A stretch of 64,000 bases of DNA from Alphaproteobacteria bacterium (GTDB lineage Bacteria; Pseudomonadota; Alphaproteobacteria; Bin95): contig OZ219787.1 of the NCBI GenBank assembly GCA_964291285.2, positions 128,001 through 192,000 of the forward strand, given 5' to 3'. How positions within the stretch are numbered: the stretch's first letter is position 1; each line of letters starts with the position of its first letter. This document shows, piece after piece, positions 52,901-64,000 of this stretch. The notes beneath the pieces are model-generated. The model was not told the origin of the DNA and did no database searches. It saw only the letters and a list, made by a program, of their open reading frames with translations. The position numbers and the translations under genes were made by a program.

Positions 52901-54151
52901 TCAACCCACGCGGACGAGGCGGGCGGCGTAGAAGCCGTCCATGCCGCCGCGGTCGGCCAGCATGGAGGGCAGGGTGCGCAGCGCGCCGTCGGGCGCCGCA
53001 GCGTCCGGCAGGGCCGGGAAGGCGACCGGCTCCAGCGCGAAATCGGGCCGCCCGGCGAGGAAGGCGGCGATGCGCTCCGGCCCTTCCTCCGGCTCCAGCG
53101 AGCAGCAGGCATAGACCAGCCGTCCGCCGGGCGCCGTGGCGCGGGCCGCGCCCTCAAGCAGGCGGTCCTGGAGCGCGGTCAGCCGGTCGAGCCGCCGCCC
53201 GGCCCGGCGGTGCAGGATGTCGGGATGGCGGCGGATCGTGCCGGTGGCGCTGCAGGGCGCATCCAGCAGCACGGCCGGGAAGAGCGTCTCCGGCCGCCAC
53301 TCGGCAGCGTCCGCCTCGACCCACTCCGCTTCGAGGCCGAGACGGGCGAGGTTGGCGCGGGCCGCCGCCAGCCGCTCCGGGGCCCGGTCCACCGCCGTCA
53401 CCCGCGCGCCGGCCGCGGCGAGCTGCGCGGTCTTGCCCCCCGGCGCGGCGCAGAGGTCCAGCACGCGCTCGCCGGCGACCGGGCCCAGCATCCGCGCCGG
53501 CAGGGCGGCCGCCATGTCCTGGACCCACCAGCCGCCCTCGTCATAGCCGGGCATCCGGCTTATCGCGCCCGGCCGCGTAAGGCGCAGCGAGCCGGTCGGC
53601 ATGGTCCTGCCCTCCGGCAGCGGCCCCGGCGCATCCGGCCGGCGGAGGGTGAGATCGAGCGGCGCTTCCCCGAGATGCGCCCCGGCGATGGCGCGGGCGG
53701 CGGTTTCGCCATAGGCCGCTTCCCAGCCCGCCAGCAGGCGCGGCGGCGTGTTGAGCCGGGCGGCGTCCTGGGCTTCCACCAGGGCCGGTCCCTCGCGCGC
53801 GCAGCGGCGCAGCACGGCGTTGACGAGGCCCTTCATGCGCGCATCCGCCAGGCCGACGGCGGTATCGACGGCCGCATGGGCGGGCACTTCCTCGAACAGT
53901 ATCTGCGCCATGCCGAGCATCAGCAGCAGCCGGGTCCGCTCCGCGCGGCGGGGCAGGGGCCGCGCGAGGAAACGGTCCAGCAGGGCTTCGATCTGGCCCG
54001 CCCGGCGCAGCGCCGTCGCGGCCAGGCGGCGCGCGAAGGCGCGTTGCTCCGGGCTTCCTCTGTCCGGCGCGGCGTCTTCCAGCGGGCGGCCTTCCAGCAG
54101 GACAGAAGCGAGCAGGTCGAGGGCGAGCGCGCGGGCCGCGCCGCCGCTCAC
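52901..54151 (-). CDS. rsmB: RsmB/NOP-family RNA m5C methyltransferase
   Basis: [23 protein letters not shown]. Confidence 0.88.
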   Translation of the reverse strand: MSGGAARALALDLLASVLLEGRPLEDAAPDRGSPEQRAFARRLAATALRRAGQIEALLDRFLARPLPRRAERTRLLLMLGMAQILFEEVPAHAAVDTAVGLADARMKGLVNAVLRRCAREGPALVEAQDAARLNTPPRLLAGWEAAYGETAARAIAGAHLGEAPLDLTLRRPDAPGPLPEGRTMPTGSLRLTRPGAISRMPGYDEGGWWVQDMAAALPARMLGPVAGERVLDLCAAPGGKTAQLAAAGARVTAVDRAPERLAAARANLARLGLEAEWVEADAAEWRPETLFPAVLLDAPCSATGTIRRHPDILHRRAGRRLDRLTALQDRLLEGAARATAPGGRLVYACCSLEPEEGPERIAAFLAGRPDFALEPVAFPALPDAAAPDGALRTLPSMLADRGGMDGFYAARLVRVG

Positions 54152-55077
54152 GCCCAGGGGCCCTTGCGGCGGGGCCCCTGCATCCAGGAGGCGCCGGTTG
54201 GCGCGCCGCCCGTCGCCCGTCCGGTGGGGCGCGGCCGCTGCGCCCGTGCCATCTCCCGGAGCGCCCGGACCCGGTTCGCCGTCGAGGGGTGCGTGGAAAA
54301 CAGCCGGTCGGCCCTGTGCGCGTGCAGCGGGTTCACGATGAACATATGGGCCGTGGCGGGGTTGCGTTCTGCCGCATGGTTGTCGATGCGGGCCGCGCCC
54401 CGCTCCAGGCGTTCGAGCGCGGAGGCGAGCGCCAGCGGGTCGCCGCAGATTTCCGCACCCAGCCGGTCGGCTTCGTATTCGCGCGCCCGGCTGATCGCCA
54501 TCTGGACCAGCATGGCCGCCATGGGCGCCAGGATCGCGACGAGCAGGGCGCCGGCGAAACCGAGCGGGCTGTTGCGCCCGCCGCCGAAGAAGAGGCCGAA
54601 ATTCGCGAGCATCGACACCGCGCCCGCAACCGTCGCGGTGATCGTCATGATGAGCGTGTCGCGGTTCTTCACATGCGCAAGCTCATGCGCCATCACACCT
54701 TCGACCTCCTTGGGCGAGAGCGTCTGCAACAGGCCGGTCGTGGCGGCGACGGCGGCGTTCTCCGGGTTGCGCCCGGTGGCGAAGGCGTTGGGCTGGTCGT
54801 TGCGGACGGTATAGACGCGCGGCATCGGCAGGTCCGCCCGTTCCGAGAGGCGCCGGACCATGGCGTGGAGTTCCGGCTCGCGCCGTTCGTCGGCCTCCTC
54901 CGCGCCGTACATGGACAGCAGCATCCGGTCCGAGTTCCACCAGGCGAAGGCGTTCATGCCGAGCGCCACGATGAGCGCCACCCCCATGCCGGCGGGGCCG
55001 CCCAGCAGGTAGCCGACGGCGAGGAACAGGCCGGTCAGGCCGGCGAGCAGGATCGCGGTGCGGGCGAAGTTCGGCAT
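54148..55077 (-). CDS. htpX: Zinc metalloprotease HtpX
   Basis: [29 protein letters not shown]. Confidence 0.93.
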   Translation of the reverse strand: MPNFARTAILLAGLTGLFLAVGYLLGGPAGMGVALIVALGMNAFAWWNSDRMLLSMYGAEEADERREPELHAMVRRLSERADLPMPRVYTVRNDQPNAFATGRNPENAAVAATTGLLQTLSPKEVEGVMAHELAHVKNRDTLIMTITATVAGAVSMLANFGLFFGGGRNSPLGFAGALLVAILAPMAAMLVQMAISRAREYEADRLGAEICGDPLALASALERLERGAARIDNHAAERNPATAHMFIVNPLHAHRADRLFSTHPSTANRVRALREMARAQRPRPTGRATGGAPTGASWMQGPRRKGPWA

Positions 55078-55129
55078 GGGCGCGCGGCTCTGCTTGGCAA
55101 GGGGCTCCAGCATGCCATATGTAGGAGCC

Positions 55130-55300
55130 ATGTCGCGCAAATCACGCCCCGACGAGCCGAAGACGCAGGACCCGGCGCCCGGCAATGCGCGCCCGCCGCT
55201 GCCGGAGGACGCCGGCGGCGACACGCAGGACAAGCCCGAAAGGCCCGACCCGACGCGCTACGGCGACTGGGAGATAGACGGGCGCTGCATCGACTTTTGA
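55130..55300 (+). CDS. DUF1674 (SDHAF4-like) protein
   Basis: [17 protein letters not shown]. Confidence 0.88.
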   Translation: MSRKSRPDEPKTQDPAPGNARPPLPEDAGGDTQDKPERPDPTRYGDWEIDGRCIDF

Positions 55301-56265
55301 GCCCGCTCTGGCGGGTCTGGCTCACCGTCCCGGAGGACCGGACGGCGGCGGCGGAGCGGGTGCTCGAAGGCTGGGCCGACGCCGTTTCCGTGTTCGAGCT
55401 CGCCTCCGGCGACAAGCCGCGCCCCGGCGCTCGAAGCGGAGGATGGGCGGACGAGATCTGGCTGGCGGAGGTGTGCGTGGTGGAAGGCATTGCCGCCGCG
55501 CCGCCCGACATGGCGAAGCTTGCGCGCCTGGCGGCCGGGGAAGGCCTGCCGGCGCCCGAGGCGGCGCCGCTCGCCGAGCGCGACTGGACGGCGGAAAGCC
55601 AGGCGGGCTTGCCGGTGCGGCGCGTCGGCCGCATCGCCGTCGGCGACCCCGGCGCGCGGCTGCCGCCGGTGCCGGTGCGCCTGCGCATTGCCGCTGCGAC
55701 AGCCTTCGGCACGGGCGCACACCCCACCACGGAAGGATGCCTTGCCGCGCTCGACCGGCTCCGGTGCCGGACGGGCCCCCGACGGCGGCCGCGCGCCGTG
55801 CTGGACCTCGGCACGGGCACCGGCGTGCTTGCCTTCGCGGCGGTGCGCCTCTGGCCGGGCGTCCGCGTCGCGGCAAGCGATATCGACCCCGCCGCCGGCG
55901 CGCCCTTCACCCGCAACGCCCGCGCAAACGGGCTCCGCCTCCGCTTCCTGCATGCGGACGGGCCGGCGCATCCCGCGCTCCGCGCCGCCGCGCCCTATGA
56001 CGCGATCCTCGCCAATCTCCTCTACCGGCCGCTGCTGCGCCTTGCGCCCGGGATCGCCCGCCTCGCCGCGCCGGGAGGCCTCGTGGTGCTGTCCGGCATT
56101 CTCGAACGCCAGGAACTGCCGCTGCGCCTCGCGCTGCGCCGCCAGGGCCTGCGTTTCCTCCGCTCGCGCCGCCGCGGCGGCTGGTCCACCGTCGAGGCCG
56201 AGCGTCCGCCGGGCAGGCGGGCAAAGCGCCGGAACGGTTGCCGACAACGGCCGTTCCGCCTATAA
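55297..56265 (+). CDS. prmA: Ribosomal protein L11 methyltransferase-like
   Basis: [32 protein letters not shown]. Confidence 0.8.
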   Translation: MSPLWRVWLTVPEDRTAAAERVLEGWADAVSVFELASGDKPRPGARSGGWADEIWLAEVCVVEGIAAAPPDMAKLARLAAGEGLPAPEAAPLAERDWTAESQAGLPVRRVGRIAVGDPGARLPPVPVRLRIAAATAFGTGAHPTTEGCLAALDRLRCRTGPRRRPRAVLDLGTGTGVLAFAAVRLWPGVRVAASDIDPAAGAPFTRNARANGLRLRFLHADGPAHPALRAAAPYDAILANLLYRPLLRLAPGIARLAAPGGLVVLSGILERQELPLRLALRRQGLRFLRSRRRGGWSTVEAERPPGRRAKRRNGCRQRPFRL

Positions 56266-56305
56266 CTCGCCCGACCATCGTTCAATTCCGCAGCGAGTGA
56301 AGCCC

Positions 56306-56683
56306 ATGGCGCGCGTCACCGTCGAGGACTGCGTCCTCAAGGTCCCGAACCGTTTCGATCTTGTCATGCTTGCGGCGCAGCGCTCGCGCGACATCTCCGA
56401 GGGCGCGGAGATTACCCTCGACCGCGACAGGGACAAGAATCCTGTGGTGTCGCTCAGGGAGATTGCCGAGGAGACCGTCCCTCTCGACGAGCTCGAGGAA
56501 GGCCAGATCCGGCGGCTCCTGCGTCACCGCGAAGAAGAAGAAGAGCCGGGCGACGGGCTCGACATGCTGCCGGCGCCGGATGTTCCGGACAGGAGCCCGG
56601 TAGAGCAGGATCTCGACATCAGCTCGCTCATGCGCGAGGTGGCCCAGCAGGACGGCGAACTGCAGCCTCGCGACAACAGCTAG
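56306..56683 (+). CDS. rpoZ: RNA polymerase omega subunit
   Basis: MARVTVEDC...NRFDLV...[12 protein letters not shown]. Confidence 0.96.
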   Translation: MARVTVEDCVLKVPNRFDLVMLAAQRSRDISEGAEITLDRDRDKNPVVSLREIAEETVPLDELEEGQIRRLLRHREEEEEPGDGLDMLPAPDVPDRSPVEQDLDISSLMREVAQQDGELQPRDNS

Positions 56684-56752
56684 GACGTCATATGCGCAGG
56701 CGCTGCGGGATTTCCTGCCGCCGGGCGCGGTAGGCGCGTTCGGGTTCGCGGA

Positions 56753-58903
56753 ATGCTCCGGCAGTACGAGCTGATCGAACGCATCAGGGCATACGACCCC
56801 GATGCCGACGAACTGCTGATAAACCGCGCCTATGTCTATGCGATGGTCCAGCACGGCCACCAGGTCCGCGCCTCGGGCGACCCGTATTTCTCCCATCCGC
56901 TCGAAGTCGCCGGGATTCTGGCCGACATCAGGCTCGACAGCGCCTCGATCATCACCGCCCTCCTGCACGACACGGTCGAGGACACCGACGCCACGCTTGC
57001 CGACATCCGCCGGATGTTCGGCAGCGAGGTCGAACGGCTGGTGGACGGGGTCACCAAGCTCTCCAAGATCGAGTCCGAGTCCGCGCACACCCGGCAGGCC
57101 GAGAATCTGGGCAAGCTGGTGCTCGCAATGTCGCAGGACATCCGGGTGCTGCTCGTCAAGCTCGCGGACCGGCTGCACAACATGCGTACGCTGCATTTCA
57201 TCGCCGGGGAAGAGAAAAAGCGCCGGATCGCGGCCGAGACGCTGGAAATCTACGTCCCGCTCGCCGAACGGATCGGGATGCAGGACTGGAAGGAAGACCT
57301 GGCGGACCGGGCCTTCGCCGTGCTCCAGCCCGAGACCCACGAGAACATCGCGGAAGGTTTCGAGCTGCTCGAACGGGAGGGCGGCGGCCAGGTCGAACGG
57401 ATCATCGAGGCCCTGTCGCAGTCGCTTGAGGAGGCCGGCCTCGAGGCCGAGATCACGGGCCGGCGCAAGCGCCCGCATTCCATCTGGACCAAGATGCAGC
57501 GCAAGAAGGCCGTGTCGCTGGAACAGGTCTCCGACATCATGGCGTTTCGCGTCGTCGTGGAGTCGGCGATGCAGTGCTACGAGGCGCTCGGGCATCTGCA
57601 CGCCGCCTGGCGCGCAGTGCCGGAGCGGTTCAAGGATTACATCTCCCTCCCCAAGGACAACGGCTATCGCGCCCTGCATACGGTGCTGACCGGTCCCGAC
57701 GGACACCCGATAGAGGTGCAGATCCGCTCCCGCGAGATGCACGAATTCGCCGAGAACGGCGCCGCCGCCCACTGGCTTTACAAGCAGGAAGGCGGGGGCG
57801 TGGACGGGCGGCAGTACGAGTGGGTGCAGCAGTTCCTGGACATCCTCGAGAGCGCGTCGAGCCCGGAGGAGTTCCTGTCGCACACCAAGATGCAGCTCTT
57901 CCCGGACCAGGTGTTCTGCTTCACCCCGAAGGGCGACCTGAAGGCCCTGCCCGCCGGGGCGACGCTGGTCGACTTCGCCTATGCGATCCATTCCGAGGTC
58001 GGCGACCACTGCGCCGGCGGCCGGGTCAACGGCCGGCAGGTGCCGCTGCGCACCGAGCTGCACAACGGGGACCGGGTGGAAATCGTCACGGCGAAGAACC
58101 TGCGCGTCACTCCGGAATGGGACCGGTTCGTCGTCACCGGCAAGGCGAAGGCGCATATCCGCCGCCATGAGCGCCTTCAGCGGCGTGAGGAGTTCATCAG
58201 GCTCGGCCGCCAGCTTCTCGATGTCGAGATGCGCGACGCCGGGCATGTCTGGCGCGAACGCCAGCTTGCGCCTGTCGCACGCGCCCGCAAGCTGGAGTCG
58301 CCGGAGGACCTGCTCGCCGCGATCGGCGAAGGGCGCGTCGCGGCGCGGAGCGTCCTGAAGGCGCTTTATCCCGAGGCGCCGGTGGATCCGGACACCGAAA
58401 CCGTGGTCTCGATCGAGCGCGCCCGGCGGCGGCGGGAGGGGCGGGCCGGGCCGCTTCTGGTCCGCGGCGTGATGCCGGGCCTGGCTACGCATTTCGCCCG
58501 CTGCTGCCATCCGATTCCCGGCGACCGGATCGTCGGCATCATCACCACCGGAAAGGGCGTGACCGTCCATACCGAGGAATGCCTGACGCTTGAGAGCTTT
58601 TCCCACACCCCGGAGCGCTGGATCGAACTCGCCTGGGAAAACGAGCCGGGGGAGGAGCAGCCGCGCCATGTCGGGCGGATACGGCTGACGGTGGCCAACA
58701 AGCCCGGCACGCTGGCGAATGTGGCGTCCCTGATCGCAAGCAACCAGGCGAACATTTCGAATCTCAAATTCGTCAACCGCCAGACGGATTTCTTCGACAT
58801 ACTGGTCGATGTCGAGGTCCTCAATACGAGGCAGCTCAACGACATCATGGCCGCGCTGAGCGCCCGGCCCGAGATCGCTTCGGTGAAGCGGGCGAAGCGC
58901 TGA
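56753..58903 (+). CDS. spoT: Bifunctional (p)ppGpp synthetase/hydrolase
   Basis: LHDTVED, KLADRLHNMRTL, KDYI, TGS and ACT regions. Confidence 0.95.
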   Translation: MLRQYELIERIRAYDPDADELLINRAYVYAMVQHGHQVRASGDPYFSHPLEVAGILADIRLDSASIITALLHDTVEDTDATLADIRRMFGSEVERLVDGVTKLSKIESESAHTRQAENLGKLVLAMSQDIRVLLVKLADRLHNMRTLHFIAGEEKKRRIAAETLEIYVPLAERIGMQDWKEDLADRAFAVLQPETHENIAEGFELLEREGGGQVERIIEALSQSLEEAGLEAEITGRRKRPHSIWTKMQRKKAVSLEQVSDIMAFRVVVESAMQCYEALGHLHAAWRAVPERFKDYISLPKDNGYRALHTVLTGPDGHPIEVQIRSREMHEFAENGAAAHWLYKQEGGGVDGRQYEWVQQFLDILESASSPEEFLSHTKMQLFPDQVFCFTPKGDLKALPAGATLVDFAYAIHSEVGDHCAGGRVNGRQVPLRTELHNGDRVEIVTAKNLRVTPEWDRFVVTGKAKAHIRRHERLQRREEFIRLGRQLLDVEMRDAGHVWRERQLAPVARARKLESPEDLLAAIGEGRVAARSVLKALYPEAPVDPDTETVVSIERARRRREGRAGPLLVRGVMPGLATHFARCCHPIPGDRIVGIITTGKGVTVHTEECLTLESFSHTPERWIELAWENEPGEEQPRHVGRIRLTVANKPGTLANVASLIASNQANISNLKFVNRQTDFFDILVDVEVLNTRQLNDIMAALSARPEIASVKRAKR

Positions 58904-58908
58904 CGGCC

Positions 58909-59490
58909 ATGGCGATCCTGGGGCGCAAACGGCGGCGCGGGCTACCGTCCCGGATCGGAGGGTGGGTGTGGCCGTCAGGAGGCTGGCGGCGCGCATCCCG
59001 CTATCTCGCCATGCGCCTCAGCCGCATTCCGGGCACCCCCTATTCGCTCGCCGCGGGCTTCTCCTGGGGCGCATTCACCTCCTTCCTGCCGTTTCCGGGC
59101 CTGCACTTCGTCATGGCGGCGATATTTGCGCTCGCCACCCGCTCGAATGTGCTCGCGGCCGCCATCGGCACGGTGGTGGGCAACCCCTGGACCTTCCCCT
59201 TCATATGGGTCGGCACCTACGAACTCGGCGCGTGGCTCGGCTTCGGCGCGGAGGGCGTCAATTTCACCGACACCTGGGGGCGCGCCTTCGAGGCCGGCAT
59301 TGACGGCCGGTTCGGCACCTTCCTGGAGACGGCGCAGCCCCTGCTGCTCGCCATGACGGTAGGCGGCGCCGTGCTGGGCGCGGTCGCCTGGGGGGCGTTC
59401 TTCATCATGCTGGCGCCGCTGGTGCGCGCCTATCAGAGACGCAGGCGCGGGCGCATCGCCCGCGCCCGGGCCGGAGATGTGGAGGCATGA
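58909..59490 (+). CDS. DUF2062 membrane protein
   Basis: [14 protein letters not shown]; conserved position after spoT. Confidence 0.85.
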   Translation: MAILGRKRRRGLPSRIGGWVWPSGGWRRASRYLAMRLSRIPGTPYSLAAGFSWGAFTSFLPFPGLHFVMAAIFALATRSNVLAAAIGTVVGNPWTFPFIWVGTYELGAWLGFGAEGVNFTDTWGRAFEAGIDGRFGTFLETAQPLLLAMTVGGAVLGAVAWGAFFIMLAPLVRAYQRRRRGRIARARAGDVEA

Positions 59491-60215
59491 CAAACCGACC
59501 GAGACTCGGCGTGAACGTCGATCATGTCGCGACCGTCCGCAATGCGCGCGGGGTCGCATATCCGGACCCGGTGCGCGCGGCGCTGCTGGCCTGCGAAGCG
59601 GGTGCGGACGGGATCACGGCGCATTTGCGCGAGGACCGCCGCCACATTCGCGACGAGGACATGCGCCGGCTGAAGGAGGCGCTGCCCGCGCCGCTCAATT
59701 TCGAGATGGCGCCGACCGACGCCATGGTGGAGATCGCCTCGGCGATCCGGCCGCACGCCGCCTGCCTGGTGCCGGAGCGGCGCGAGGAGCTGACGACCGA
59801 GGGCGGGCTCGACGCGGCGGGCCTCGGCGCCGCGCTCGGCTCCCGGGTGCAGGCGCTCGCGGCGGCGGGCATCCGGGTCTCGCTGTTCATCGAGCCCGAT
59901 CCGAAGCAGCTTCGCGCCGCGGTGGCGCTCGGCGCGCCCGTGGTCGAACTGCACACGGGACGCTACTGCGAACTGGCGGGAGAGGCGCAGCAGGCGGAAC
60001 TGGAGCGCATCCGCTCGGCCGCGGCGCTTGCAGAGGAACTCGGGCTCGAATGCCATGCCGGGCACGGCCTGACCTATGACAATGTCGGCCCGGTCGCGGC
60101 GATCCCGACGGTTGCGGAACTCAATATCGGCCATTTCCTGGTCGGTGAGGCGATCTTCGTCGGCCTGGTCGAGACGGTCCGGCGGATGCGGGCGGCCATG
60201 GACCGCGCGCGATGA
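59487..60215 (+). CDS. pdxJ: Pyridoxine 5'-phosphate synthase
   Basis: [30 protein letters not shown]. Confidence 0.96.
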   Translation: MTNRPRLGVNVDHVATVRNARGVAYPDPVRAALLACEAGADGITAHLREDRRHIRDEDMRRLKEALPAPLNFEMAPTDAMVEIASAIRPHAACLVPERREELTTEGGLDAAGLGAALGSRVQALAAAGIRVSLFIEPDPKQLRAAVALGAPVVELHTGRYCELAGEAQQAELERIRSAAALAEELGLECHAGHGLTYDNVGPVAAIPTVAELNIGHFLVGEAIFVGLVETVRRMRAAMDRAR

Positions 60216-60631
60216 TCGTCGGGCTCGGCAGCGACCTGATCGACATAACCCGGATCGAACGCACGCTGGAGCGGTTCGGCGAGCGCTTCACCCGGCGCGT
60301 GTTCACCGAGGCGGAGCGCCAGCGGTCCGACCGCCGGCGGCTGCGCGCGGCAAGCTACGCCCGGCGTTTCGCCGCCAAGGAAGCCTGCTCCAAGGCGCTC
60401 GGCACGGGCCTTCGCCAGGGTGTCTACTGGCGCGACATGGGCGTGGTCAACCTTCCGGGCGGGCGCCCGACGCTGCAGTTGACCGGCGGTGCGGCCAGGC
60501 GCCTTGCGGACCTGCTGCCGCCGGGCACCCGCGCGCGCATCGACCTCACCATCACCGATGAGCCGCCGCTGGCCCATGCGCTGGTCATCATCACCGCGGT
60601 GCCGGGAGATGCGGCGAATGGCTGCGCTTGA
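60212..60631 (+). CDS. acpS: Holo-ACP synthase
   Basis: [21 protein letters not shown]. Confidence 0.95.
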   Translation: MIVGLGSDLIDITRIERTLERFGERFTRRVFTEAERQRSDRRRLRAASYARRFAAKEACSKALGTGLRQGVYWRDMGVVNLPGGRPTLQLTGGAARRLADLLPPGTRARIDLTITDEPPLAHALVIITAVPGDAANGCA

Positions 60632-60715
60632 CAGCCGGCCGCCCGGCGGCGTTCTATCCGGCCCCGATCCGCGCCGGCGGAAAACCGGCTCTTCCCTGTC
60701 CAGGTCGCTGCTCCC

Positions 60716-61441
60716 GTGAAAGAAACCGTCAAGACCATCGTCTATGCCGGTCTGATCGCGCTTGGCATCCGCAGTTTCCTCTTCGAGCCCTTCACCATCC
60801 CCTCCGGCTCGATGCTGCAGACCCTGCTGATCGGGGATTTCCTGTTCGTCTCCAAATATTCCTACGGCTACAGCCGCTATTCCCTGCCCTTCGGCCTGCC
60901 GCTGATTCCGGGGCCGGGACGGCTGTTCGGAGAGGGGCCCGAGCGCGGCGATGTGGCGGTGTTCAAGAACCCGATGGCGCCGAAGATCGATTTCGTGAAG
61001 CGCGTGGTGGGCCTTCCGGGCGACACCGTCCAGCTGCGCAGCGGGCGCCTCTTCATCAACGGCACGCCGGTGGCGCGCGGCCGCATCGGGCCCGCGAACT
61101 ACCGCGACAAATACGGCATCGTGAAGCGCGCGATCCGCTACCGCGAGACCCTGCCGAACGGCCGGTCGTATGAAATCCTGGAGGAAAGCGACTCCGGCCC
61201 CGCGGACAACACCGCCGTCTTCGAGGTGCCGGACGGCCATTATTTCGCGCTCGGCGACAATCGCGACAACTCCACCGACAGCCGGTTCATCAGCCATGTG
61301 GGCTACATCCCGGCGGAGAATTTCGTCGGGCGGGCGGAAATCCTGTTCTTCTCCCTCGACCACGACACCAGCTTCTGGGAATTCTGGAGATATCCGAGCG
61401 GAGTTCGCTGGGAGCGCATCTTCGACGCGATAGGCCCGTGA
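60716..61441 (+). CDS. lepB: Signal peptidase I
   Basis: IPSGSM, FVKRVVGLPGD, GDNRDNSTDSR. Confidence 0.95.
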   Translation: MKETVKTIVYAGLIALGIRSFLFEPFTIPSGSMLQTLLIGDFLFVSKYSYGYSRYSLPFGLPLIPGPGRLFGEGPERGDVAVFKNPMAPKIDFVKRVVGLPGDTVQLRSGRLFINGTPVARGRIGPANYRDKYGIVKRAIRYRETLPNGRSYEILEESDSGPADNTAVFEVPDGHYFALGDNRDNSTDSRFISHVGYIPAENFVGRAEILFFSLDHDTSFWEFWRYPSGVRWERIFDAIGP

Positions 61442-62094
61442 ACGCCCGGTTCCGCGACGCGCTTGGCCACGATTTCGCCGATCCCCGCCTGCTCCGGCAG
61501 GCGCTGACCCACCCGAGCGCGCCGGGGCGCGGCGACGATGCGTTCCAAAGGCTGGAATTCCTGGGCGACCGCGTGCTCGGCCTCATCGTGGCCGAGATGC
61601 TGCTCGAACGCTTCCCGGACGTCGATGAAGGCGGGGTCGGGCTGCGCATGTCCGTCCTGGTGAGCCAGGAGGCGCTGATCGAGGTCGCAAGGAACACGGG
61701 CCTTGACGCGGCTCTTGTGCGGGACCCGAAGGCCCGCGAAACGCGCATGGCGGAGAAGCCGGCGGCGGATGCCTGCGAGGCGGTCATTGCGGCGCTCTAC
61801 CTCGACGGCGGGCTCGACGCCGCGCGGCAGTTCGTCCGCCGCCACTGGCAGGCGCTGGTCGAACGCCATGCGGAGGTGGAGCGCGACGCCCGCAGCCGCC
61901 TGCAGGAGTGGAGCGACGCCCGCGCGCTCGGCCAGCCGGTCTATACCGTCTGCGCCCGGCGCGGCCCCGCGCACCGCCCCGAATTCGAGGTCGAGGCCGC
62001 GCTTTCCAGCGGCGAGCGGGCGAGGGGCTCGGGCGGCTCCAAGCGCGCCGCCGCCGCGGCCGCCGCCGCCGCCCTGCTCGAACGGCTGGAATGA
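61438..62094 (+). CDS. rnc: Ribonuclease III
   Basis: ALTHPS, RLEFLGD, C-terminal dsRBD. Confidence 0.95.
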   Translation: MNARFRDALGHDFADPRLLRQALTHPSAPGRGDDAFQRLEFLGDRVLGLIVAEMLLERFPDVDEGGVGLRMSVLVSQEALIEVARNTGLDAALVRDPKARETRMAEKPAADACEAVIAALYLDGGLDAARQFVRRHWQALVERHAEVERDARSRLQEWSDARALGQPVYTVCARRGPAHRPEFEVEAALSSGERARGSGGSKRAAAAAAAAALLERLE

Positions 62095-62987
62095 CCGCGC
62101 GCCGGGCCGGTTTCGTCGCTCTGCTCGGCGCGCCCAATGCCGGCAAGTCCACCCTGCTCAACCGGCTGGTCGGCGCCAAGGTCTCGATCGTCACGCCCAA
62201 GGCGCAGACCACGCGCTCGCGCATTCTCGGCATCCGCAACCACGGCGCGGCCCAGACCGTCTTCGTCGATACGCCCGGCATATTCGAGCCGCGCCGGCGG
62301 CTGGAGCGCGCGATGGTGCGCCGGGCCTGGCGCGCCGCGGGCGATGCCGACATTACCGTGCTGCTCGTCGATGCCGCCCGTCGCCCGGGCGCCCGCGAGG
62401 AGGCTGTCGTGAGCGGTCTCAAGGCCGGCGGCAGGCAGGCGGTGCTGGCGCTCAACAAGATCGACCTGATCGCGCGCGAACGGCTGCTGGCGCGCGCCGA
62501 GCACCTTTACGGCACGGGCTGCTTCAGCGATGTCTTCATGGTCTCGGCGCTGACCGGCGACGGCGTGGACGACCTGCTTGAGCATCTTGCGGGGCGCCTG
62601 CCGGAAGGTCCGTGGCTCTATCCCGAGGACGACCTCTCCGACGTGCCGCTGCGCTTCCTCGCCGCGGAGATCACGCGCGAGAAGGCGTTCCTGCGCCTGC
62701 ATGACGAGATTCCCTACGACGTCGCGACCGAAACGGCGGACTGGCAGGAGTTCGACAATGGCGGCGTGCGCATCGACCAGACGGTCTATGTGCGCCGGAC
62801 GAGCCAGCGCGCGATCGTGCTCGGCAGGGGCGGCGCGCGCATCAAGGCCGTCCGCGAGGCCGCGCAGGCGGAGCTGGCGGAGGCTCTCGACCGGCCGGTC
62901 CACCTGTTCCTGACGGTAAGGGTGCGCGAGGGCTGGCCCGACGACCCCGAGCGTTTCCGCGACCTCGGTCTCGACTACAATGTGTGA
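62091..62987 (+). CDS. era: GTPase Era
   Basis: GAPNAGKST, DTPG, NKID, KH domain. Confidence 0.96.
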   Translation: MTARRAGFVALLGAPNAGKSTLLNRLVGAKVSIVTPKAQTTRSRILGIRNHGAAQTVFVDTPGIFEPRRRLERAMVRRAWRAAGDADITVLLVDAARRPGAREEAVVSGLKAGGRQAVLALNKIDLIARERLLARAEHLYGTGCFSDVFMVSALTGDGVDDLLEHLAGRLPEGPWLYPEDDLSDVPLRFLAAEITREKAFLRLHDEIPYDVATETADWQEFDNGGVRIDQTVYVRRTSQRAIVLGRGGARIKAVREAAQAELAEALDRPVHLFLTVRVREGWPDDPERFRDLGLDYNV

Positions 62988-63031
62988 AACGGGGCACGGG
63001 CGGGGATGGTTTCCAGGGAGGAGCACGGGAC

Positions 63032-64000
63032 ATGGCGGACGGCATGCGGGCGAATGGCGGCGTGAGCGCAAACGCTGAGGCCGCACGGCACATCGACGAA
63101 GCCATACGCGCGATGACGCTCAATTACGGCGACGCCAACGGGCATCTGGCCGAGGCGCGCGAAGCCGACCCCGGCTGCGCGATGGCGGACCTCCTCGAAG
63201 CCTGGCTCCTGGCGCTGACCAAGGACGGAGCCCAGCTGGCGCGCGCGCGGGAGCTGATCTCCGGCATCGCCGGGGCCGGAATGACGGAGCGCGAGGCGCA
63301 GCATCTGGCGGCGCTGCGCCACGCTGCGAACGGCCGGTGGCCGTCGGCCGTCGCCGTGCTCGACCGCCATCTGATGGAGGATCCGCACGATCTGGCCGGT
63401 CATCAGTGCGCGCTTCGCCTCGACGGCTATCTCGGCCGTTTCCATCGCCAGGCCGCCCGCGCCGCCCGCGCCTTGCCGTTCTGGTCGAAGGACGAGCCCG
63501 GTTACGGCATCATGCTGTCCTTCTACGGGTTCGGCCTGGAGGAACTCGGGGACTTCGCCCGCGCGGAGGACGTCGCCCGGGCCGCGGCGGAACTCGAGCC
63601 CTACGGCTACTGGCCGCATCACACCGTCTCCCACGTGCTGGAGATGACCGGCCGGCCGGACGAGGGCATCGCCTGGATGGACGGCCGCCTGCCCTACTGG
63701 TCCGACCCGAAGTGCAACAACCGGGTCCATATCTGGTGGCACAAGGCGCTGTACCACATCGAACTCGGCCGGTTCGAGGAGGCGCTTGCGCTCTATGACG
63801 GGGAAATCCTGCCTGCGATGCGCGTGGCCGGCACACAGCTCTGCAACGCCGCGTCGCTGCTCTGGCGGCTCGAGACACTGGGTTGCGAGGCGGGCGAACG
63901 CTGGAGCCGGCTGCTCCCGCTCTGGCAGGGGCTGCTCCCCGGCATGACGAGCCCGTTCAATGAGGTCCATGCCGCCATGACCGCACTGCGCGCGGGCGAC
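63032..64000 (+). CDS. TTC38-like tetratricopeptide protein, runs off the window
   Basis: GGAGGAG RBS; FGLEELG, HTVSHVLEM, HIWWHKAL. Confidence 0.8.
   Translation, partial: MADGMRANGGVSANAEAARHIDEAIRAMTLNYGDANGHLAEAREADPGCAMADLLEAWLLALTKDGAQLARARELISGIAGAGMTEREAQHLAALRHAANGRWPSAVAVLDRHLMEDPHDLAGHQCALRLDGYLGRFHRQAARAARALPFWSKDEPGYGIMLSFYGFGLEELGDFARAEDVARAAAELEPYGYWPHHTVSHVLEMTGRPDEGIAWMDGRLPYWSDPKCNNRVHIWWHKALYHIELGRFEEALALYDGEILPAMRVAGTQLCNAASLLWRLETLGCEAGERWSRLLPLWQGLLPGMTSPFNEVHAAMTALRAGD

Noticed and set aside
56282-58996. 904-aa minus-strand ORF
   Set aside because: Antisense shadow of rpoZ-spoT.
61540-61575. RNase III signature QRLEFLGD instead of ERLEFLGD
   Set aside because: To my knowledge a common variant in Alphaproteobacteria; the other catalytic residues are present.

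Overview
High-GC alphaproteobacterial chromosome, judged from ccrM and the rpoZ-spoT-DUF2062-pdxJ-acpS-lepB-rnc-era cluster. About 1-44,900 is a heavily IS-scarred accessory region that looks like a decaying integrative/mobilisable element. It holds a leading-region-like module (five-zinc-finger repeat protein, IS-split ssb, DUF2493/SLOG gene, long hairpin leaders), two tandem tyrosine recombinases, three RHH-like paralogues and a MOB-F relaxase-helicase. It also holds broken defence-type genes (PLD-SNF2 helicase, hsdM, a putative ImmA/IrrE-linked pair), surface/secreted cargo (two small RTX proteins, lipoproteins, an S8 peptidase) and many IS elements or remnants. From about 44,970 onward the window is mostly housekeeping genes. 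Most notable observations: (i) two integrase-less mini-cassettes, each flanked by a duplicated 3' end of a housekeeping gene; (ii) a G12 tract between a -35 and a -10 box upstream of the S8 peptidase, a candidate phase-variable promoter; (iii) a ~130-bp MITE sharing termini and a 3-bp TNA target duplication with the local IS630; (iv) the zinc-finger/ssb/SLOG/tandem-integrase module with a ~250-nt rod hairpin and a ~640-nt structured intergenic region. All family calls come from motif recognition by eye; no database searches were run.
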